DNA of 47,148 nucleotides from assembly GCA_013815785.1 (NCBI GenBank), contig JACDFO010000001.1, positions 2,973 to 50,120 on the forward strand, given 5' to 3'. The translations under genes and the position numbers were made by a program. This DNA comes from Candidatus Saccharimonadota bacterium. GTDB taxonomy: Bacteria > Patescibacteriota > Saccharimonadia > Saccharimonadales > JACDFO01. Shown here piece after piece: positions 33,765 to 42,294 of the stretch (its first letter is position 1; every line of letters starts with the position of its first letter). Below the pieces are notes generated by a model. It did no database searches. It had not been told where the DNA came from and saw only the letters and a program-made list of their open reading frames with translations.

Positions 33765-34256
33765 TTACAAGAAATTACGTTTAACCGCATCGAATGTCGG
33801 TTCGTCGTAAGCGACGTATTTACTCAACAGATTTCCTTGATCATCAACTTTTACGAAGGTGGTTTGGATAGTAATTCCGTATTTTTTGCGTAAATCTTGA
33901 TTCGAGTCATAGTCAACTTTTATAATTGTTAAATCGTTCGGCACGCCCTGGGCGTTGATACCAAGTTCGATATTACGACACTGCGAGCACCAAGGGGCGT
34001 GGAAGAACAAGACTTTTTCGCCCGATATTTGGGCAAGGTCTACATCGGCATATTTTACGTATTTGCCAGCTGCGGATGGTGCCTGGGCGGGTGTATTTTC
34101 TGGTTGTGATGCCAATGTTTGTGAATCAGGCGGATTTGGAGATATAGTTTGCTGAGTCGACACAACGGGGGAAGGTTCATCGCTTCTTAAAGATGCAAAA
34201 GCGATTGCGCCACCAATTACGACCATTAGTGAAATAACGATATATGATTTTTTCAT
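33765..34256 (-). CDS. Membrane-anchored thioredoxin-fold protein
   Basis: N-terminal TM segment and WCSQC active-site motif. ATG at 34256 is preferred over the long track ORF that runs to 34505. Confidence 0.8.
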   Translation of the reverse strand: MKKSYIVISLMVVIGGAIAFASLRSDEPSPVVSTQQTISPNPPDSQTLASQPENTPAQAPSAAGKYVKYADVDLAQISGEKVLFFHAPWCSQCRNIELGINAQGVPNDLTIIKVDYDSNQDLRKKYGITIQTTFVKVDDQGNLLSKYVAYDEPTFDAVKRNFL

Positions 34257-34308
34257 ATATACATTATACCTTACGAAGTAAACAATATGGTGTGCTACAA
34301 TAGTTAAC

Positions 34309-34704
34309 ATGTTAAGTATTTCTGATTCAGAATTTGATGCAATTATTTCCCGTGCTATGGACGAGCTGCCTGAAGAATATATTGCCCGGCTAAATAATGT
34401 TGTAGTTGTGTATGAAGATAATCCAAGTTCCCAGCAACGCGAAAAGCTACGGCTTAGGTGCGACCAACTGTTATTTGGATTATATGAGGGGATTCCACTT
34501 ACCAAACGGGGAGCTGGTTATAATCTTGTTTTGCCAGATAAAATTACCATCTTTAAAGACCCCATCCTTGCTTACTCACATGATTTAGCCAGCTTCAAAG
34601 AACAAGTTAAGCGTACACTTTGGCATGAAATAGCCCATTTTTACGGACTAGACCATGAACGCATTCATGGTCTGGAAAACAAGCCTAGCGGACGTAATAC
34701 GTAA
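34309..34704 (+). CDS. Small zincin-like metallopeptidase family protein (DUF1025/Zincin_1 type)
   Basis: HEIAHFYGLDH (HExxH) near the C-terminus. N-terminus FDAIISRAMDELPEEY is typical of this family. Confidence 0.7.
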   Translation: MLSISDSEFDAIISRAMDELPEEYIARLNNVVVVYEDNPSSQQREKLRLRCDQLLFGLYEGIPLTKRGAGYNLVLPDKITIFKDPILAYSHDLASFKEQVKRTLWHEIAHFYGLDHERIHGLENKPSGRNT

Positions 34705-35443
34705 CAGTAACAGAGTATCGCAATTCATTTTCGCCGGGCATAATATTTACGTTAGTACTCTCTGGTTTTTGTGCGGTAGAATCCAATGCAATTCCACGGC
34801 CCTCTAAAAGCGGCACGGGATTTCCAAAGCCAGCTCCGTCTTCAACAGCTTTAACGCGACCTAATTTGAAACCAAGATTGTTTGCCGATTGATCAGCTTT
34901 AGCTCGTGCATCTTTGGTGGCTTCATCACGTGCCTGAGATTCTAGCTCGTTTTGCTTAGTCTCGCTAAAACTGCCCTGAGGAGTTACGTTATTTTCAGGC
35001 CCCGTAGTCACTAAATAATCTTGGATTGTTTGGGCTTTATCCCTAGATTCAAGTGTCACGGTCAGCTGAAGACTATAGATGTAATCCTGATTGGTGTTTC
35101 CTTCGAACGGTTGATTTTTATAGCCATTTATATCAGTTTTAATCTTATTATCTGCAATTCCAAGCTCTTTAAGTTTTGTGGTTAAGTCCTGGCTTTTAGC
35201 ATTGGCTGCATTTATTGCAGCTGTTTTATCTACATTAGTAAATTGATAACTAGGATAAAAAATGTATTGGTCAGGCTCGGCTTTTACTAATGCTTCGCCC
35301 GTAACTGTGATAGTCTCGTTGTCATTTTCGGCATTTTGCCAAGGCATCCACATAATCAACATAGCTACTATAATTGCCAAAAGCACACCTATAATCACTC
35401 GCAAATCTACACTCAAATTAATTCTATTGCCTGTATTTGCCAT
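34685..35443 (-). CDS. SIMPL (DUF541) domain protein, membrane-anchored
   Basis: N-terminal TM segment. TVTGEALVKAEPDQ near the start of the domain and PGENELRYSVTVTYYV at the C-terminus fit the SIMPL pattern. Confidence 0.6.
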   Translation of the reverse strand: MANTGNRINLSVDLRVIIGVLLAIIVAMLIMWMPWQNAENDNETITVTGEALVKAEPDQYIFYPSYQFTNVDKTAAINAANAKSQDLTTKLKELGIADNKIKTDINGYKNQPFEGNTNQDYIYSLQLTVTLESRDKAQTIQDYLVTTGPENNVTPQGSFSETKQNELESQARDEATKDARAKADQSANNLGFKLGRVKAVEDGAGFGNPVPLLEGRGIALDSTAQKPESTNVNIMPGENELRYSVTVTYYVR

Positions 35444-35501
35444 ATTAGATCCCCCTAATTATTAGTCATCATTATAACGCTTCCGTTAGCGAATATTAAA
35501 G

Positions 35502-36311
35502 TCATAACAATTTAAGTGACTTAAGAATATCAATAGCTTGTTTGTAGGCGTTTGTTGTTTGAAAATAATCCAGTGGCACCTGATTAGTGGCTAAATCATC
35601 GCTAAGCTCTGTCGAGGAATAACCACCTGTGATGATATACGTCTCGGCCTCTTTGCCATACTCTGGTCCGAGCGATTGGTCTTTTTCTAACGAAAAGTTA
35701 CCGGCAATCATAAAGAAGGCAAAATTATCTGAGGTATCAAGGCCAAAGAAAGATAAATTGGTTTCAGGACGTTGACCTGGGGGCGGGTTAACATATACCA
35801 GTTTTTCTGATTGTCTTATTGCTATCCCGCGGCCTATGTATGTACTATCTTGCTGGCGCGCCCCTTGGCGAATGTAAATACGAAAGTTACCCTTGATTGT
35901 CCCGCCATTAATACTAGTGTAACTAAACTCTGGTGATTCAATACGAACGCCTTCCTGTTCACTGTTAGCGTTGGCTACCCAGTTACCCGGGTACGTAAAC
36001 TCAATTCGTGGAAAATCCGCTTTAAATGTTTTTGTGCTGGTTACGGCCGGTACATCGTTTTCAGACGAGCCGGCTTGATTATTGTCAATATTCTGAGTGG
36101 TAGCTGCTGGCGCTTCTGGGGCATTTTCTTTTCCAAATAGTAATGCTGCGCCAAACCCAATACTAGCCAGTATGACTAATCCAAATATAACGAGTGCAAT
36201 GCGTTTTTTAGAAAAACCTGATTTTGTTGCGCGCTGTGACACGCTTGTTATTTCGGGTTCACCCGGAAGCTCAAGAGGTCCATTTGGAAAATTATCATCA
36301 CCATTAGTCAT
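35502..36311 (-). CDS. Hypothetical membrane-anchored extracytoplasmic protein (269 aa)
   Basis: Single TM segment (IALVIFGLVILASIGFGAALLF) followed by about 200 aa with no recognisable motif. Confidence 0.65.
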   Translation of the reverse strand: MTNGDDNFPNGPLELPGEPEITSVSQRATKSGFSKKRIALVIFGLVILASIGFGAALLFGKENAPEAPAATTQNIDNNQAGSSENDVPAVTSTKTFKADFPRIEFTYPGNWVANANSEQEGVRIESPEFSYTSINGGTIKGNFRIYIRQGARQQDSTYIGRGIAIRQSEKLVYVNPPPGQRPETNLSFFGLDTSDNFAFFMIAGNFSLEKDQSLGPEYGKEAETYIITGGYSSTELSDDLATNQVPLDYFQTTNAYKQAIDILKSLKLL

Positions 36312-36417
36312 ATATAGTATCTCTCTTAATACTTTACCACCAAAAGGCTATGGGCTGAAGATGGATTTCGGAATGTTTCTAGATAAGCGTAAGCTTTTAA
36401 ACAATAAAAATAATGTG

Positions 36418-36446
36418 TTGACAAGTAATTCGTGCAAGTTTATATT
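36418..36446 (+). promoter_or_regulatory. Near-consensus sigma70-like promoter of a CDS-less unit
   Basis: TTGACA (36418-36423), 17-nt spacer, TATATT (36441-36446). Confidence 0.5.
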
Positions 36447-36452
36447 GATATG

Positions 36453-36540
36453 TAGTCACTGTGAGGTGATTAGTAACTAGACTAGCAATAGTCAAAATTG
36501 CGACAAAAAGAAGCCCGTCAAACGGCTTCTTTTTGTTTTT
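36453..36540 (+). ncRNA. Candidate small RNA (about 85 nt), family unknown
   Basis: Lies between the promoter above and a strong terminator, with no plausible CDS. Internal hairpin GCAAT-agtcaaa-ATTGC (36485-36501). Contains GTGAGGTGAT. Confidence 0.4.
36505..36540. terminator. Rho-independent terminator (A-tract / stem / T-tract, potentially bidirectional)
   Basis: AAAAAGAAGCC-cgtcaaac-GGCTTCTTTTTGTTTTT. Confidence 0.7.
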
Positions 36541-36575
36541 CATCGAAACATACCTAACAATGTAGAATATAGCTT

Positions 36576-37073
36576 ATGGCTAATTACAAAGGGCATATTG
36601 CCGGAGCGGTGGCAGTAACTACTGTCTATGTCGTCGGGTTGTCGTTTTTGCCTGGTGAATTACTAGAAAAAACTGGTGGAATTTTGAGTGATTGGCAAAT
36701 GGTGGCTGGCCTATTTGTTGTTTCAATGCTGATGGGGCTGTGGCCGGATATAGATACGAACTCAAAGGGCCAGGACATCTTTTTTGCCACGGCATTTCTG
36801 TTCGATATTGCACTTATATCCCAAGGCTACCTCGAGGCGGCTGCATATTTTGGCTTGCTAGCCATGACGCCGATTGTAGGCAAGCACCGCGGCTGGACAC
36901 ACAGTAAACTGGCTATGCTATTGGTGCCACTGCCGTTTGTCGCAGTGCCTTACCTCAACAAATCAAGTATATTGGCGACATATCTTATCTTTTACGGGGC
37001 AGCTGTAGCTGGGTATTTTAGCCACTTATTACTGGATGGGAAAATCACCAAATATGTCCGAGTTAAGGGTTAG
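36576..37073 (+). CDS. Membrane-bound metal-dependent hydrolase (YdjM/DUF457 family)
   Basis: GHIAGA near the N-terminus, plus WPDIDT and HRGWTHS motifs. TAGAAT at 36563-68 lies 7 nt before the ATG, so the mRNA may be leaderless. Confidence 0.65.
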   Translation: MANYKGHIAGAVAVTTVYVVGLSFLPGELLEKTGGILSDWQMVAGLFVVSMLMGLWPDIDTNSKGQDIFFATAFLFDIALISQGYLEAAAYFGLLAMTPIVGKHRGWTHSKLAMLLVPLPFVAVPYLNKSSILATYLIFYGAAVAGYFSHLLLDGKITKYVRVKG

Positions 37074-37075
37074 TA

Positions 37076-37714
37076 ATGGCGAAGCGTGACAAAACATGGA
37101 ACTGGTTACTTCTTTTTGGCAGTATAAGCGGGCTTTTGGCTAGCAGTTTGCTGGCTAAGCGGGGAACGTTGGTATTAGGCGAAGAGCATTTGCTTGGATG
37201 GGTATACGGACTGCCAGAAAGTTTCCGATTATTCTTCCTGGCCGTTACTTTGCTTGGTAGTGCCTGGGTATTTGCAATTGTGTTAATACTACTACTGTTA
37301 AAAGAACGTTTTGATATCGGTTTACGTGTCATGATTGCAGGACTAGCGGCATATGCAATTGCCGGAATGGCGAAGCAGTTGATTGCACGGCCTAGGCCAG
37401 GAGAACTAGTCTCTGATGTGTTGCAGCGTGAATTACTCGTTTGGGGTTACGGATTTCCGTCTGCGCATACCGCGTTAGCTACGGCACTGGCGATTACGTT
37501 GGGTGCATATTTGCCCAAAAAACGAAAATATATTATCGCGCTTTGGATTGGGATAGTAGCAGTGTCTCGTCTGTATCTTGGGGTTCACGCACCATTGGAT
37601 ATTGTTGGCGGTTTTTGTATCGGTTTATTAGTCTCGACCTGTGTATTAATTATACTTCCACCCCATAAAGCAGTGAGAGGAATCCGTCTTGTAAAAACTC
37701 GTAAGCAGGCCTAA
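37076..37714 (+). CDS. PAP2-family phosphatase (undecaprenyl-diphosphatase-like)
   Basis: The three PAP2 motifs: KQLIARPRP, PSAH and SRLYLGVHAPLD. Confidence 0.85.
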   Translation: MAKRDKTWNWLLLFGSISGLLASSLLAKRGTLVLGEEHLLGWVYGLPESFRLFFLAVTLLGSAWVFAIVLILLLLKERFDIGLRVMIAGLAAYAIAGMAKQLIARPRPGELVSDVLQRELLVWGYGFPSAHTALATALAITLGAYLPKKRKYIIALWIGIVAVSRLYLGVHAPLDIVGGFCIGLLVSTCVLIILPPHKAVRGIRLVKTRKQA

Positions 37715-37772
37715 ACTGAATGTGGAAGTGTGAGGCTTCCGACGACCCTAGCTTATTCAGCTGGGGTCTATG

Positions 37773-38189
37773 TTATTTTTGGCAGGATTGGCAGAGGCCT
37801 CGGATTTCTAGTTGGTGGTCTTGGGGGATAAAGCCTAGTTTTAGGGCGACGGTTTGGATACGAAGTTCGATGGTGGGGTCTTCTTCCCAGGCAACGACTT
37901 TGCCGCATTTTACGCAGCTCATATGGTGGTGGTGGTCATGGAAGGTGTTAGAAAGTTCCAGCTTTGAATTCCAACCAAGCTGCAGGCGGCTAATGATTCC
38001 GATGCGCTCAAACAGTTTAATGTTGCGATATACAGTTGCCTGATCCTGGTTTGGCAAGTCATTTATAAGCGCGTTAATGCTAATAGCGGGGCTGGCCTGC
38101 AGGTATTTGAACAGCGCTAAGCGTTGCTTGGTAATGAAACAATTGTTTTGACGCATGACAGACTTGAAACGTGTAAGTTCTGGGCTCAT
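37773..38189 (-). CDS. Fur-family transcriptional regulator (probably Zur, judged from context)
   Basis: Winged-helix N-terminus, HDHHHHMSCVKCG and CQSC (two CxxC pairs). Divergent from a ZIP transporter gene. ATG at 38189 is preferred over TTG at 38210. Confidence 0.85.
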   Translation of the reverse strand: MSPELTRFKSVMRQNNCFITKQRLALFKYLQASPAISINALINDLPNQDQATVYRNIKLFERIGIISRLQLGWNSKLELSNTFHDHHHHMSCVKCGKVVAWEEDPTIELRIQTVALKLGFIPQDHQLEIRGLCQSCQK

Positions 38190-38211
38190 ATAAATACTAG
38201 TATATCGCAAT

Positions 38212-38250
38212 CTATATACAAATTGCGAAAAATTTGCAATTTGTATATAG
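38212..38250. promoter_or_regulatory. 39-bp palindromic operator in the Fur-family/ZIP divergent promoter region
   Basis: CTATATACAAATTGC (38212-38226) and GCAATTTGTATATAG (38236-38250) are perfect 15-bp arms separated by a 9-bp A/T spacer. Confidence 0.6.
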
Positions 38251-38294
38251 AAACGTAGACTTATGTAAGAGCAATAAGATTAAAAAGGATTCTC

Positions 38295-39104
38295 ATGGCT
38301 AACTATTTTTACGTAATATTTTTTTCACTGATTGGTGGTGTTTTCTCATTGCTTGGCGGCTTATTGTTGCTTAGTAAGAAAGGCACAGCGGAAGTATTGG
38401 CAAAATACGCTACACCTTTTGCAGCCGGAGCATTGTTGGCAGCGGCGTTTTTTGACCTGTTGCCAGAGGCGATTGAAATCACCGCAGAAGGCGCAGCCCC
38501 ACGCTGGGTGCTTACCGGTATTGTCACTTTCTTTTTGTTGGAGCACTTTTTACGTTGGTTTCATCACCACCACGAACATGAGGGTACGGAGGATACCGCC
38601 GCCGCTCCTTTAATTGTTATTGGCGACTCAATTCATAACTTGCTAGATGGTGTGGCAATCGGTGCCGCATTTCTTATAAATGTGCCAACAGGTATTGTGG
38701 CAGCCTTTGCAGTTGCGGCTCATGAAATCCCACAAGAAATCGGCGATTTTGGTCTGCTATTGAAGTATGGCTATGCCAGAAAAAAAGTCATACTAATCAA
38801 TATCGTAAGTGCGCTGATGTCGACAGTCGGTGCATTGTTAACATTCTGGATTGGAGCTGAAGCGAACTTGCCGTTGGGCGAGGTGTTGGCGATAACGGCC
38901 GGTATGTTCATATACATTGCGGCTAGCGACCTCATACCAACCATTCATGCTTCAGCCAAAGCAAAAGCTTCGTACACAGCAGCGGTTTTGTTACTGATGG
39001 GGATACTAGTAATAGGATTCACTACCGAAGTGGCTCACCAATACATTGAGCCAGCAGATTCTCATAACGTAAGAAGCCAAACCCAAGATCATTACGACGA
39101 ATAG
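38295..39104 (+). CDS. ZIP-family metal (zinc) transporter
   Basis: HHHHEHEG loop, HNLLDGVAIGAAF and HEIPQEIGDFGLL motifs. 8 TM segments. Confidence 0.88.
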   Translation: MANYFYVIFFSLIGGVFSLLGGLLLLSKKGTAEVLAKYATPFAAGALLAAAFFDLLPEAIEITAEGAAPRWVLTGIVTFFLLEHFLRWFHHHHEHEGTEDTAAAPLIVIGDSIHNLLDGVAIGAAFLINVPTGIVAAFAVAAHEIPQEIGDFGLLLKYGYARKKVILINIVSALMSTVGALLTFWIGAEANLPLGEVLAITAGMFIYIAASDLIPTIHASAKAKASYTAAVLLLMGILVIGFTTEVAHQYIEPADSHNVRSQTQDHYDE

Positions 39105-39137
39105 CCTGCACTTAGCGGTTTGGGGTACAATAATCAG

Positions 39138-40199
39138 ATGACTATTGCAGTAATTATTTTGGGAATTCTAAATGCGGTTCTGCTGTTTTTATTCCTAAAA
39201 AAGGATACTCCAAAAGAAGATGGTAGCTCTGCGTTGTTGCTCAAGCAAGACCTTACCAACTTAAACGACAGTGTTACTAAACTTAAAGATGGCTTACAAA
39301 GAGAGCTAAGCGAAGGCTTACAGAAAAATAGTGCCCAAATGCTTAGGCAATCTGCTAGTTCGCAGGATGTTATAAAAAACATTACTGAAAAATTAACCTC
39401 ACTTGAGAAAACAAATCAGCAGGTCGGTGATATCGCTGGCGAGCTTAAATCTTTACAAAATGTCTTGCAGAACCCTAAACAGCGTGGCGTACTGGGCGAA
39501 TTTTATTTAAAACAGATTCTGGAAAATATGTTGCCACCGGGAGCATTTGAACTACAGTACCGGTTGGGTGAGGGAACGATAGTGGATGCAATTATTAAGC
39601 TCGACAACAAAATATTGCCTATTGATAGCAAGTTTAGCTTAGAAAACTATAATCGGTTGGTTGAAGCAAAGGCAGAAGATCGCCCCGCATTAGAAAAAGC
39701 GTTTAAAGACGATCTTAAAAAACGTATCGACGAAACTGCTAAATACATCCAGCCCAAAAAAGGGACGCTTGAGCAAGCTCTTATGTTTATACCCAGCGAG
39801 GCGATATATTATGATTTACTCGCTAATAAGGTGGGTACTGGCGGTGTGAATGGCCGTGACCTTATGCAGTACGCGGCGGTTGATAAACGCGTGACAGTGG
39901 TTGGCCCAAGTACACTGTCGGCTATGTTGCAAATTATATCGCAAGGTCTGAGCAGTCTTGAGATACAAAAAGACACTGAGGTGATTCGCAAAAACGTTGA
40001 GCAGCTTGGCAAACACTTGCGTGGTTTTGATGGTTTTATGCAACGGATGGGAAATAGTCTGGGTGCGACAGTGGGGCACTATAACAATGCACACAAAGAG
40101 CTGGCTAAGGTCGATAAGGATGTGGTTAAGATTGCCGGCGGAAACGCCGAAATAGAACCGCTACTTCTGGATAGGCCCAAAGATGACGACCTAGACTAG
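39138..40199 (+). CDS. rmuC: DNA recombination protein RmuC
   Basis: N-terminal TM segment, a long coiled coil, and a C-terminal RmuC-type region (LPIDSKFSLENY...FIPSEAIYYDL). ATG at 39138 is preferred over TTG at 39120. Confidence 0.8.
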   Translation: MTIAVIILGILNAVLLFLFLKKDTPKEDGSSALLLKQDLTNLNDSVTKLKDGLQRELSEGLQKNSAQMLRQSASSQDVIKNITEKLTSLEKTNQQVGDIAGELKSLQNVLQNPKQRGVLGEFYLKQILENMLPPGAFELQYRLGEGTIVDAIIKLDNKILPIDSKFSLENYNRLVEAKAEDRPALEKAFKDDLKKRIDETAKYIQPKKGTLEQALMFIPSEAIYYDLLANKVGTGGVNGRDLMQYAAVDKRVTVVGPSTLSAMLQIISQGLSSLEIQKDTEVIRKNVEQLGKHLRGFDGFMQRMGNSLGATVGHYNNAHKELAKVDKDVVKIAGGNAEIEPLLLDRPKDDDLD

Positions 40200-40372
40200 A
40201 CTTGACAAGCATGGTATAATATATAGATGAGTGATATATTTGGACCGGAACAAAGGTCACCAGAACTTGAAATTTTTCTAAGCCGAAGAAGCAATCGAAC
40301 TTTTTAACGCTGCCAGGCAAGAAGGTGTCAACGAAAAAGATGCCATAGAAGAGGCCCTGGAAGATGTTGTTC

Positions 40373-41737
40373 CTACTTCTTGGTTGGGTATTTCAGAAGG
40401 TCAATCACCAGAGCTGCCGTCCAGCTAAAATTATCGGCGCCTGCAGGTGAACCATCGAGCGGGCTGAAATATTCGGCAAAGCCACCACTCCGTACCATTT
40501 CTAGTGTAGATTCTGTTAATGCAGTCGCATGCTCATCGAAGCCGTACCGTTTGAGGCCATCAATAATCAACCAGTTCATGTTCACCCACGTCGGCCCCTG
40601 CCAGTAAGCATGTTGATTAAACCATTCAGAGTTGAGTGGTACCGAAGGGATAGGGAAGTTAGCCCCGAAAAGATGTTCGTCCTCTAACATTTTTACTAGT
40701 TCTTGAGCGCGCTCTTTGCTGATGCATCCTGCATACAGTGGCAGCAAGGTTCCGATACTGCTATCTTTTAATAAGCGGTGTGTCACAAATTCACGTGAAT
40801 AATACTGCCTGCTATACGGGTCCCACAATGCCGCAAAAGCGCTTTCGGTTTTTTGCATGCTTTCTAATAATTCTTCGGGTAGTTTGATTTTTAATAGTTC
40901 GGCAATATCTTGCAAATGCCTATTCGCGCGAATAAAAATACTGTTAAAATTTATATCTTCGATAGCGAAAAGCGAATGCGACAACACACGCTTGATATCA
41001 TAATTCTTACGTCGTAAGCGGCGTTGTACGCTAAAGAAAGCCAGGGCATCAAGCGTCGATAAGCGTTGGCTGGCAGGTGCGAACTTAATATCCCGTCGGA
41101 ACAGATTTATAAACCTATCGGCGTTAAGTCTTTTAATGATTTGTATCCAGGTAGGAAGCTGGTGTTCATGCAATTCATGAATCCACGGGGGTGTACTGTC
41201 CAAGCCCGTTTCCCAAGGGTGAATTTGTAATACTAGGCCTTCGCCGTGCGGGTCACGCTCTGCATATAGCCATTGGTGGTAGCGCAGCAGTGCCGGAAAA
41301 ACGGTTTTATACCAAGACCTTCGTTCGGCTTTGTTGAGCTTTTCACCTATAAGAACGATAGCTTCTGCTAACATTGGGGGCTGGGTAATACCAGATGTGT
41401 TTACGCTGTCAGGGGCATCCGTACTCAACCAGCTACGCCAAAAATCGCGTTCGCGCCTGTATTGCCTGGCTGGGTTAAAAATCATGTTCGGCATCATGCC
41501 GTTCGCCCATTGCCCGCGCATCAAACTGAGGATTTCTATTTGAGCCCGCTCGACGTCCACATGTCGCAACCCAATAGCCACAAAACAACTATCCCAAAGC
41601 CATTGATGAGGATACAAATTCGTAGCCGGAATCGTATACATGCCCTCATCGTTCATCTGTAGTACGACTTTGGCTGCTTCGAACAAATCAATCGGTGCCT
41701 CGTCTATAGGTAAATTATCTAGAGGCTGCTCATTCAT
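40373..41737 (-). CDS. (alpha/alpha)6-barrel glycoside hydrolase, GH63 / MGH1-like (glucosyl- or mannosylglycerate-hydrolase-like)
   Basis: YPHQWLWDSCF near the N-terminus, plus HPWETGLDSTP and YWQGPTWVNMNW. The family assignment rests on motif recall only. Confidence 0.6.
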   Translation of the reverse strand: MNEQPLDNLPIDEAPIDLFEAAKVVLQMNDEGMYTIPATNLYPHQWLWDSCFVAIGLRHVDVERAQIEILSLMRGQWANGMMPNMIFNPARQYRRERDFWRSWLSTDAPDSVNTSGITQPPMLAEAIVLIGEKLNKAERRSWYKTVFPALLRYHQWLYAERDPHGEGLVLQIHPWETGLDSTPPWIHELHEHQLPTWIQIIKRLNADRFINLFRRDIKFAPASQRLSTLDALAFFSVQRRLRRKNYDIKRVLSHSLFAIEDINFNSIFIRANRHLQDIAELLKIKLPEELLESMQKTESAFAALWDPYSRQYYSREFVTHRLLKDSSIGTLLPLYAGCISKERAQELVKMLEDEHLFGANFPIPSVPLNSEWFNQHAYWQGPTWVNMNWLIIDGLKRYGFDEHATALTESTLEMVRSGGFAEYFSPLDGSPAGADNFSWTAALVIDLLKYPTKK

Positions 41738-41757
41738 AGTGACCAGTATAGCTTATG

Positions 41758-42255
41758 CTAACGGTAGTTTGTGAAGTTTACGGGGAAGTCGAAGTCTTTG
41801 CTGCGTATCAACTGCATGACGTCTTGTAAATCGTTTTTGCTGCTGCTGGTTACACGGACTTCGGTGCCCTGGATTTGGGTTTTTACTTTGGGGTAGTTAT
41901 CCCGTATAAGGCTAGTGATTTTCTTGGCTTTTTCTTGGTCCAAGCCTTGTACGAACGGAACTTCTTTAGTAGTTTTGAGATTGCTTGTAGCTGATTCTTT
42001 ACCCGTGTCTAGTACTTTTTGGCTTTGGTCCCGGCTGGCCAGCTTTTTTCGAACAATATCCAAAATAGCGTCGATTTGCCAATCGCCGCTGCCGGTCACT
42101 TTAAAGCCGGTCTTATCAGCGTCTAGCCATTCGATTTCGGCCGGAGTGCCTTTAAAGTCATAACGACTATCCATTTCGCGCTTAGCTTGGTCAAAGACAT
42201 TGTTCATCTCCGCCTTGTCGTAGTCGCTCACGATATCAAAACTAAAATTTGCCAT
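41758..42255 (-). CDS. YajQ-family nucleotide-binding protein (UPF0234)
   Basis: MANFSFDIVSDYDKAEMNNVFDQAKREMDSRYDFKG is the canonical YajQ N-terminus. ATG at 42255 is preferred over the track start at 42306. Confidence 0.85.
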   Translation of the reverse strand: MANFSFDIVSDYDKAEMNNVFDQAKREMDSRYDFKGTPAEIEWLDADKTGFKVTGSGDWQIDAILDIVRKKLASRDQSQKVLDTGKESATSNLKTTKEVPFVQGLDQEKAKKITSLIRDNYPKVKTQIQGTEVRVTSSSKNDLQDVMQLIRSKDFDFPVNFTNYR

Positions 42256-42294
42256 ATAATCTAGCGTACCACAGATGATATACTGCTTATAAGT

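Noticed and set aside
34257-34505. N-terminal 82-aa extension of the thioredoxin-fold ORF
   Set aside because: The extension overlaps the divergent metallopeptidase gene and has no sensible sequence. The ATG at 34256 starts a typical signal-anchor.
36097-36480. 127-aa plus-strand ORF
   Set aside because: Its first two thirds are antisense to the 35502-36311 gene. Its end crosses a promoter. It is spurious.
37720-38043. 107-aa plus-strand ORF
   Set aside because: It is antisense to the Fur-family gene and rich in Trp and Ser. It is spurious.
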